This document shows positions 54,684 to 64,000 of a stretch of 64,000 bases of DNA, piece after piece. The notes under the pieces are model-generated. The model ran no database searches. It saw only the letters and a program-made list of their open reading frames with translations, and was not told the DNA's origin. The stretch is taken from assembly GCF_001194135.2 (NCBI RefSeq), contig NC_068984.1, forward strand, positions 142,283,002 to 142,347,001. The letters run 5' to 3'. The position numbers and the translations under genes are program-made. Position 1 is the first letter of the stretch; each line of letters starts with the position of its first letter. The stretch comes from Octopus bimaculoides (lineage: Eukaryota).

Positions 54684-55304
54684 CAGTATGATCAGAAGTA
54701 TTAGCAGTACTAGTTGTGGTGGAAGTAGTGGGTGTGGTGGTGGTAGGCTTGCTAAATATAACAGTTATATAAGTGACGATGGTGATCGCTGGGGTGGAAG
54801 CAGTTGTCGTGGTGGTGTCAGTGATGACAGTAATTGTAGTGGGGGTGGTTGTCCAAATAATAAAAGTAATGGTAGTGGTACAGGTTCTAGTACTAGTTTG
54901 TACTAGTTCATGATGACGCAGCAACGAAGACAGTAGTTCATGTCTGTTGCGAAAAAAAAAGCCCAACAAAAAAAAAAAAACAAGACAAAACAGAAGAATT
55001 AAAAATCCAAACCGGATATAATTATAATTAAATATATGTCCCTCCCATGTCTGTGTGTCGTATTAATGCTAATGTTTTAATTTTTTTAAGACACAATTTG
55101 TGGTGGAGGGTGTTGATTGTTGTCTGCGGCTTTCTCTTCCTTGTTCTCATCAAACTTGACACACAGACACGCACGACCACATAAACAGAGGCACACAAAC
55201 GCAAACACATTTATCTACCGATGTAATGTATGTATGTATGTATGTATCTATGTATATATGTATCTATTTGTCTGTCTGTCTGTCTATCTATCTATCTGTC
55301 GGTC

Positions 55305-55360
<56 letters not shown>

Positions 55361-55489
55361 CACTTGCCTCAACAGGTGTTCGCAAGCAAAGTTTATTGTC
55401 CAATGAATGAGGGGTACTCATAAGTGTGCTGGTTACACCCACTGGCACAGGCCACAGGTTATGGTCTCACTTAGCTTGTATGTATATAT

Positions 55490-55640
55490 AATTGAAATTT
55501 ACAGAAAACAAAAGACGAAGACAGGGGTACGAACAACAGGAGGTGTATTAGTTTGACACTCGAGAAAGTATTAGAAGTCTTTTATGTTTCGGGCCTAGGC
55601 TCTTCAAAAGAAAGGAATAAGAGAAAAAGAAACAGAGAAG
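55490..55640 (-). mobile_element. Hammerhead-like-motif repeat, inverted relative of 57740-57880
   Basis: AAATTTACAGAAAACAAAAGACGAAGACAGG is the reverse complement of CCTGTCTTCGTCTTTTGTTTTTCTGTAAATTT at ~57840-57871, apart from one extra T in the latter. Confidence 0.7.
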
Positions 55641-55899
55641 GAAAAAGAGGTGTGGATTTAGCATTCAAGCATGTCGACTGGTTGGGAAAAAAAGTTTGAC
55701 AGGAGAGGTAGAAAGAATGTACTCGTGCGTGTGTGTATATATGAATGTGTGAGTGTGTGTATGTCGTTAGAGGCTAGTGATTTTGACATGTATATATTAT
55801 ATTATAGTATAGTATTTTGTTTGCAAACAGCTGGGAACGACAAATCACTCTAAGAATATTATTCTGAGTGAAATGACAAGAGAACGTATCTCAAGGAAT

Positions 55900-56250
55900 C
55901 ATCTGAGCAGTCATGTTTTTCACCTTCGATGTAAGATAATGATTGTACAACTTCTCACCTATGTACTACAGGTGTAAGAGTGCGTCGAAACAATTGTAGT
56001 GATTTTTTTTAGATAAAGAATGTCGTTAATTCGATTTTCTGTCATTTGTTTATTTATAAACAACCTTCGGATACTATGAAATTCCTGATGTATGTCTTGT
56101 AGCAGGAGCGTTTCCACAGTATGATGACATCAGACAGCCAGTGACTGTGGATGAGCTTTGCATAGCATTCTATAAGGGTTTCACCCGAATCTTACTTAAG
56201 TATAAACGTTGTACATACATACATACATACACATACACAAACACACACAC

Positions 56251-56288
<38 letters not shown>

Positions 56289-56830
56289 NNNNNNNNNNNN
56301 NNNNNNNNNNNNNNNNNNNNNNNNNNNNNNNNNNNNNNNNNNNNNNNNNNNNNNNNNNNNNNNNNNNNNNNNNNNNNNNNNNNNNNNNNNNNNNNNNNNN
56401 NNNNNNNNNNNNNNNNNNNNNNNNNNNNNNNNNNNNNNNNNNNNNNNNNNNNNNNNNNNNNNNNNNNNNNNNNNNNNNNNNNNNNNNNNNNNNNNNNNNN
56501 NNNNNNNNNNNNNNNNNNNNNNNNNNNNNNNNNNNNNNNNNNNNNNNNNNNNNNNNNNNNNNNNNNNNNNNNNNNNTTTTTAGAGACACTTTCAAATTTA
56601 TCAGAATATTTGGGCTGAAGATTGGAATAGTGAAATTTCCATTCACTTAACCATGAAACGATTCGTATCCAATTAACTAAAGGCTTGGTTTGTTTACGCT
56701 TTTCCCTCCGGTTTTTTGTTCTATGTGTGCCATAAATATCGCCATCCGCTTTAGAGAAAAATTTGTAGTTTGGAATCAGTAGTTCTTTGACTGCTATTTC
56801 TAAATTTTCAGTATGTTGGAGAAGCAACTC
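55900..56830 (+). pseudogene. Highly degraded piggyBac-like transposase fossil
   Basis: Ordered motifs IVQL, MSLIRF (56020), VTVDE (56141-56155), FGLKI (56609) and FFDCYF (56783, same frame as FGLKI) echo MSRxRF, TIDE, YGIKI and FDNYF. Broken by stops, a microsatellite and a gap. Confidence 0.45.
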
Positions 56831-57266
56831 AATTGCTAATCCCTGTATATTTATGATGATAAATAGTTTTACCGATAAAGGTTTTTTTCATACTGAACTA
56901 CTTGGCAAAATTGTTAATTATTAATTCTATTATTAATTGACGATTCTCTGCCCTTATTCTTGTATATTTTATATATGTATGTATATATATATATACACAG
57001 ACACACGCATAGATACAAACATACATATAAAGAAACACATATATATATACCTACTCACAAACACGCGCGCGCTTACACAAACACGTATATATATATATAT
57101 GTTCATACATACACACATACAATACAGATGAACACACAATACCATACAGCACATATAAATACACGCAAAATAAGAAAAAACATGTTTAGCCAAGCGTTAT
57201 TGTTGTATAATGAAATGAAGCTTGAAACAAACATTCTGGAACTATTTTAGCTGAATTTCTGTAGAC

Positions 57267-57328
<62 letters not shown>

Positions 57329-57594
57329 TACATGCACACACGCTCCGCCCCCAGACACACCCCGCCTACAAGCAAACACAAAAAATTTATATATAAGCAC
57401 ATATACATACACGGTCATACACACATCGAAACACACGTGCCGGCATATATCCACGTCTCTGAGTTTCTCAATGTGTGTGTATGTGCGCGTGAATTTAGAC
57501 TTACGTATACACATTTGGTCTATCTATCTATCTAAAAGCTGTTACTCAGAGTCTCACATTCCCGTTCGACGGTTGAGATTCAACCAAAACTCAC

Positions 57595-57880
57595 AGACGA
57601 ACGGGAACGTAAAACTGAGTAGCAGTTTTTGTGATATTTTACATCTTTATCAATAAAGTATATTACTCTACCTCCGGTGTTCGAGTCCTATTTTTTCCAA
57701 CTTGTTTCATATTTATGTGCTTACTCTGCTTTGTTTATTTTCTCGTGTCCCTTTCTGTTGAAGAGCGTAGGCTCGAAACGTAAAATACTTTTTCTCTTTC
57801 CCGACCGTTAAACTAATATACCTGTATGTTGTTTATACACCTGTCTTCGTCTTTTGTTTTTCTGTAAATTTCAGCTATAC
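57595..57880 (+). mobile_element. Dispersed repeat with hammerhead-like motif (putative PLE-derived)
   Basis: CTTT-CTGTTGA-A-GAGC-GTAG-GCTC-GAAA-C-GT-A-AAA at 57751-57785; second copy at 55490-55640 (-). Confidence 0.6.
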
Positions 57881-57957
57881 ATACAAACATACATACATAC
57901 ATACATACATATATACATACATACTTACATACATACAAACACACACACACTCACACA

Positions 57958-57995
<38 letters not shown>

Positions 57996-58654
57996 NNNNN
58001 NNNNNNNNNNNNNNNNNNNNNNNNNNNNNNNNNNNNNNNNNNNNNNNNNNNNNNNNNNNNNNNNNNNNNNNNNNNNNNNNNNNNNNNNNNNNNNNNNNNN
58101 NNNNNNNNNNNNNNNNNNNNNNNNNNNNNNNNNNNNNNNNNNNNNNNNNNNNNNNNNNNNNNNNNNNNNNNNNNNNNNNNNNNNNNNNNNNNNNNNNNNN
58201 NNNNNNNNNNNNNNNNNNNNNNNNNNNNNNNNNNNNNNNNNNNNNNNNNNNNNNNNNNNNNNNNNNNNNNNNNNNNNNNNNNNNNNNNNNNNNNNNNNNN
58301 NNNNNNNNNNNNNNNNNNNNNNNNNNNNNNNNNNNNNNNNNNNNNNNNNNNNNNNNNNNNNNNNNNNNNNNNNNNNNNNNNNNNNNNNNNNNNNNNNNNN
58401 NNNNNNNNNNNNNNNNNNNNNNNNNNNNNNNNNNNNNNNNNNNNNNNNNNNNNNNNNNNNNNNNNNNNNNNNNNNNNNNNNNNNNNNNNNNNNNNNNNNN
58501 NNNNNNNNNNNNNNNNNNNNNNNNNNNNNNNNNNNNNNNNNNNNNNNNNNNNNNNNNNNNNNNNNNNNNNNNNNNNNNNNNNNNNNNNNNNNNNNNNNNN
58601 NNNNNNNNNNNNNNNNNNNNNNNNNNNNNNNNNNNNNNNNNNNNNNNNNNNNAA

Positions 58655-59354
58655 ATAACGCCGTTTTGAAGTGTCGTCTTCCCTTCTTTTACGCAACAAG
58701 AATGACCTGTGTCTCGACCGGATTTTGACTTGCGATGAAAAGTGGATTCTTTACGACAACCGACGAAGCTCAACTCATTGGTTGGACACCAACGAAGCTC
58801 CACGGCACTTCTCGAAGCCAAAGTTGCACCAAAAGACGGTCATGGTGACTGTTTCGTGGTCTGCGGCCGGGTCCAGGTGAAACCATTATGGCAGAGAAGT
58901 ACTGTCAGCAAATGGATGAAATGCATAAGAAACTCCGGCAACAACAGTCAGCAATGGTCAATAGAAAAGATCAATTCTTCTGCACGACAAGGCTCGGCCG
59001 CAAGTCACACAACTGTCCCTGCAGAAGTTGAACGAACTGGGCTACGAACTTCTACCTCATCCGCCATACTCACCTGACCTGTCGCCTACCGACTACCACT
59101 TTTTCAAGCATCTCGACAACATCCTGCGTGAGAAATGCTTCAAAAACCAAGACAATGCCAAACACGCCATCAGCTACTTCATCGCCACCAGAATGCAGGA
59201 TTTTTACGCTACTGACATAAAATTGCTTCGGGTTGGCAAAAATGTGTTGATCCTGAAGGTGTTTATTTCGATTAAATAAATTTTGTTTGAGCCGAGATAT
59301 GTGCGTCTGAATTTAAAGGTTAAAAACAGCAAGAACGTTCTTGACAACCTAATA
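58655..59354 (+). mobile_element. mariner transposon, Hsmar1/SETMAR-like, 3' two-thirds with right TIR
   Basis: LDRILTCDEKWILYDNRR, VMVTVSWSAAG, HPPYSPDLSPTDYHFFKHLDN; frameshifts and a short deletion; right end TTGACAACCTAA|TA. Confidence 0.92.
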
Positions 59355-59612
59355 TATACATATANNNNNNNNNNNNNNNNNNNNNNNNNNNNNNNNNNNN
59401 NNNNNNNNNNNNNNNNNNNNNNNNNNNNNNNNNNNNNNNNNNNNNNNNNNNNNNNNNNNNNNNNNNNNNNNNNNNNNNNNNNNNNNNNNNNNNNNNNNNN
59501 NNNNNNNNNNNNNNNNNNNNNNNNNNNNNNNNNNNNNNNNNNNNNNNNNNNNNNNNNNNNNNNNNNNNNNNNNNNNNNNNNNNNNNNNNNNNNNNNNNNN
59601 NNNNNNNNNNNN

Positions 59613-59704
<92 letters not shown>

Positions 59705-60044
59705 AAAGATATATATATGAAGATATATAAGTACACATAAATATGCGTATACGTACATAGAGACATAGATACATGCACACACACATTAACACAGAGACAC
59801 AGACATACACACACGAATACCTCTATGCCCTGTATGTTCGTGATTTTATCACCTGTTAATATTTTTATAAACAAGAATATCTGTGTGTGTGTATGTGTGT
59901 TTGTGAGTATATGTGCGTGTGTATGGTGTGTGATTTTCTCTGTATTCGTTGGTGTGTAAATGTGTCAATATTCTCAAAAAAAATAACCATAAATTTGTAT
60001 CGACAAACATACATAAAAATAAGCACGGAGCTGTAGGTATTATT

Positions 60045-60085
<41 letters not shown>

Positions 60086-60111
60086 TATTATTATTATTAT
60101 CATCATCATGA

Positions 60112-60171
<60 letters not shown>

Positions 60172-60460
60172 TTTTTTGGAAATAATTCTATTTTCTATAT
60201 ATTTGTAAAAAATACTTCTAAGTTAAAAAAATATACAAACACCAAGCAAGAAAAAATAAAATGAAATAGAACAGAAGCAAAATAAATCAAAACGCTGTGA
60301 AGTAGCCATGCCTACCGCCTACCTTATCTTTTTACTGAGTGTTATGTGTTTGGAGTCGGTGTAAACGTTTCGCTTGCTATGTCTACCTTGTGTTTTTGGC
60401 ATTGAAATAAAATTGTTACATTTCAATTTTTAAGAGACATTCGTAATTGTTGTTGCAATG

Positions 60461-60713
60461 CAGTGGTTCCCAAAGTGGACGGTACTGCCCCAATGAGGGC
60501 GATAGAAAGATTTCGGGGGGCTTTGAAGAAAAGTCGAACGATAATGGGGTGATAAAAATATCACCCCATAAAAAATGGATGTAAAAATAACAAAATAATG
60601 GGTTAATCAGTTTAAGTTTCAATTGTGTTTTGAATTTACTACAGAAAGTTGTCTATGTTGGTGGTGGTGAGCAGAGGGGTGCTAGGAATGTGGCCTGAGT
60701 TTGGGAACCACTT
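60461..60713. mobile_element. hAT (Charlie-like) MITE
   Basis: TIRs CAGTGGTTCCCAAA (60461) and TTTGGGAACCACT (60700-60712); possible decayed 8-bp TSD TTGCAATG/TTGTAAAC. Confidence 0.7.
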
Positions 60714-60860
60714 TTGTAAACGATATTGTTGTCGAGTTCCAGTTCTCCTGTGATGATGCAAATATACCTATGCTCAAAGATTTCCGGCCGTAGCCATTCC
60801 TATTTTGTTCCAGCTGTTCAGAGTGCTATTTTCATTTCAAAACTACATTTCATCCCTATG

Positions 60861-60861
<1 letters not shown>

Positions 60862-60926
<65 letters not shown>

Positions 60927-61056
60927 TCACTACTTGGAGTCGAACTCGGAATCTTGGAGTTAGTAACTCGCGCTCTTAACCCGGGCATATGACGTAGTGG
61001 TTAAGAGCGCGAGCTACTAACCCCCAAGATTCCGATTTGGATTCCAGGCAATGACT

Positions 61057-61103
<47 letters not shown>

Positions 61104-61120
61104 TTGAATAATAATAATAA
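60862..61120. mobile_element. Palindromic element copy 5 (two heads and AAT tracts, no tails)
   Basis: (TTA)n, minus head 60921-60981, GGGCATA centre, plus head 60990-61058, (AAT)n. Confidence 0.85.
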
Positions 61121-61313
61121 GTATCTGCGTTTGTTCCATCGTTAAAAATGATTTTCTCATACATCTTCAATTTACCGAATTCTTATGGTACATATGTACA
61201 TACTCTCCCCCCATTCTCTCTCTCTGCTGTGTTGTTTTCTTTTAATTTTTCTTGTTGCTTACATATTTCATGTTATTTTCACCGATGGTGACGTCCTATA
61301 CCCATATATGCAA

Positions 61314-61344
<31 letters not shown>

Positions 61345-61387
61345 AATACACACGCGCACTCATACATATATATACATAAATACATAT

Positions 61388-61421
<34 letters not shown>

Positions 61422-61859
61422 NNNNNNNNNNNNNNNNNNNNNNNNNNNNNNNNNNNNNNNNNNNNNNNNNNNNNNNNNNNNNNNNNNNNNNNNNNNNNNN
61501 NNNNNNNNNNNNNNNNNNNNNNNNNNNNNNNNNNNNNNNNNNNNNNNNNNNNNNNNNNNNNNNNNNNNNNNNNNNNNNNNNNNNNNNNNNNNNNNNNNNN
61601 NNNNNNNNNNNNNNNNNNNNNNNNNNNNNNNNNNNNNNNNNNNNNNNNNNNNCCCACACCCCCTCTCCTCCGTGCTATTTCCAAGACCTCTGAATATTCA
61701 TAATTCTTCATAAGTCCACTAAAGACAAAGCCGGAACGCCGAACAACCAGTTGTCTCCCCTCCTTTGATCTCTTCCCGTACAAATTATGATCGAATTAAA
61801 ACTTTATGGACACTGCATTCACCCATTCGTCTTCCTTCTCTTCTCTTCTCTGTGTGTGT

Positions 61860-62166
61860 GTGTGTGCTCGTAGCAATTGTTTTTGCTGTTGTTGTAGTTA
61901 ATGCTCATGCTAAGAATAGTTGTTGTTCTTGTTGTTGTTGCTGCTGCTAGAACTGTCGATGTTCATGTTGGCGCTAATATTATTTTAATGTCGTGGTTGG
62001 TGCCTTTATTGCTGTTCATGTTGTTCACTATGGTGGATGTCTTGATGTTGTTGCAGCCATTTTGTTGTTGTTGTTGTTGTTGTTTTTGATAGTATTTTAG
62101 CTATTTTTTTTTATTTCCTTCTACGTGCGACAAGGAAATCTACTTAAAATATTAAACACGCTAGCA

Positions 62167-62239
<73 letters not shown>

Positions 62240-62351
62240 TAGTAGTAATAGTAGTAGTAGTGGCAGAGATTTCGATGGCGGTGGTGGTGGTGATTATGTC
62301 GGTTGGTGCTGCAGTTTGCGCCAGGGTTGGTGGTGATGGTGGCAGTGGTAA

Positions 62352-62442
<91 letters not shown>

Positions 62443-62839
62443 GGTGGTAGTGGTGGTGGATTAATGCTGATAGCAGCATCGTGATGGAGATTGCTTTGGC
62501 GGTTGCGCTGGATGTAGTAGTGATTATTGTGAAGGTGGTAGTGCAGCCTGTACTGGTGGTGGTGGTAGCGATAGTAGTAAAGGTGTTGGTTCTAAGTGGT
62601 AGTTTTAGAATGTTGGTGATGTCGGTGGCGATGGTACGGATGGTATGGTGGCTATTATGTGTGTGTGTGTGTGGGGGGGGTGATAATGGCCTCTTTTGTG
62701 ATCGTACAGATTATGTTGATAGTAGTAGTAGCAGTAGTAGTAGCAGCACTAGAAGCAGTAGTAGTAGTAGTAGTAGTAGCAGCAGCAGTAGTAGTAGTAG
62801 TAGTAGTAGTGATGGAGATGGTGGTAGGGGTAGTTGTGT

Positions 62840-62883
<44 letters not shown>

Positions 62884-63215
62884 AAAGCGGGGATGTTAAT
62901 GGTATGTGGTCGACGTGATAGTCGTGGTGGGAGTAGAGAAGATATTGTTGCTTGGTGGAAATGTCTTGTAATTACCAAGACAATCGCAGTGATGGCGTCG
63001 GCGTTGATGACTCTATCGGTGTTTTTGTTAAAGTATTAAAACGATTACGTGACAATGAGCGCAGCGCTATAATGACAATTCTGGCGGTGGTTCTTGAAGT
63101 GGTTGTGGTTGTGGTTGTGGTGGTGGTGGTGATAGTGATAGCAGTGGTGGTATTTATGGCTGCATTGATGTTACCGTTGTTGCTCTTTTCGTTGATGTTG
63201 CTGATTATCTCCAGT
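61860..63215 (+). repeat. Mosaic trinucleotide low-complexity region (GTT/GCT/GCA/GTA/GTG/TTA)
   Basis: Successive triplet runs; source of the poly-V/S/T/A ORFs. Confidence 0.9.
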
Positions 63216-63812
63216 TAAACTCCGATCGGATATACCTATGAGCAAAATCATCACTTTGGCAACCACCTCGAAAATTTAGCCATGATTTAAGAACTTTGCA
63301 AGTGATTTGAGGGTTATTGAGTTGTTATTTCTTGGAAGTTCACTCGATCACATAAAGACTCGTAGCGGTGGTATTGATGGCGTTGGTATTTTTGGTACTG
63401 CACTAAATGGATTAGCGAATAATAATAAAGAAAGCAAACACATTGAAATACCATTAGTAAACAATGAATCGACATTTGATTATCTGAAACGCTTTAGAAA
63501 TAGTTGTCACACAATCATTTATTCAATTGTCATTATTATATGCGTGATAATTTCTTCGATTCTTGCATGGATGGGTCTCAACTTTTCATGTTCACTTATA
63601 TCTGTATAAACAAACAAAGAAGCAGTTATTGGTAATAAGTCTGAACGAGAGAGGAGCAATTGTATTTCGGTGAATTTACAAACATTTTTGTTTATTTATT
63701 ATGATGTCGCTTCCCGCCTTCAATCGTTGGATGAAACTCTGAGTTAGTCTTCAATTCGATTCAGGTTTTAATGAAACTAATCACAATGTAATTATGCTTT
63801 CATTATATATAT

Positions 63813-63906
63813 ATGTTAATAGTTATCGCCAAGCCAACATGGCAGTTCAAAAGGTAGGACGAATGCTTTTGGACTGCCATGTTGGCTGGGCGATAACTAT
63901 TAATAT
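63813..63906. ncRNA. Near-perfect stem-loop, pre-miRNA-like or short foldback element
   Basis: 63813-63853 pairs with 63866-63906: 41 positions with one A.G mismatch and two G.U pairs; 12-nt loop. Confidence 0.45.
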
Positions 63907-63964
63907 CCAGTACCGCTGCCGTAGTCTCCTTTAGAGAAACTTAGAAATATTGATATTTCTCTTT

Positions 63965-64000
<36 letters not shown>

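Overview
AT-rich, repeat-dense animal genomic DNA with no recognisable intact host gene, rRNA, true tRNA gene or CRISPR array. The SINE and microsatellite repertoire looks like a coleoid cephalopod, probably Octopus (inference from pattern recognition, not a database search). About 21 N-gaps hide roughly 9 kb (~14%), mostly next to (AT)n/(CA)n/(GA)n tracts. Most ORFs in the supplied track are microsatellite or gap read-throughs. Supported content: many tRNA-derived SINEs of at least 3-4 families; fossils of two mariners (one Hsmar1/SETMAR-like), three CR1-clade LINE 3' ends, an R4/Dong-like RLE retrotransposon and a probable piggyBac transposase; and hAT-, piggyBac- and pogo-like MITEs. Two things stand out. 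(1) A ~0.3-0.5 kb palindromic element family in five copies (1-355, 19547-19861, 26541-27049, 44129-44447, 60862-61120). Its architecture is two outward-facing tRNA-like Pol III heads, then (AAT)n, then a tail carrying a minimal type I hammerhead-ribozyme motif. It shows 10-13 bp target-site duplications and a ~33 nt one-sided tail, which suggests a Penelope-mobilised, Pol III-driven, ribozyme-bearing non-autonomous retroelement. (2) A near-perfect 41-bp pre-miRNA-like hairpin at 63813-63906. All family assignments are by eye and need database confirmation.
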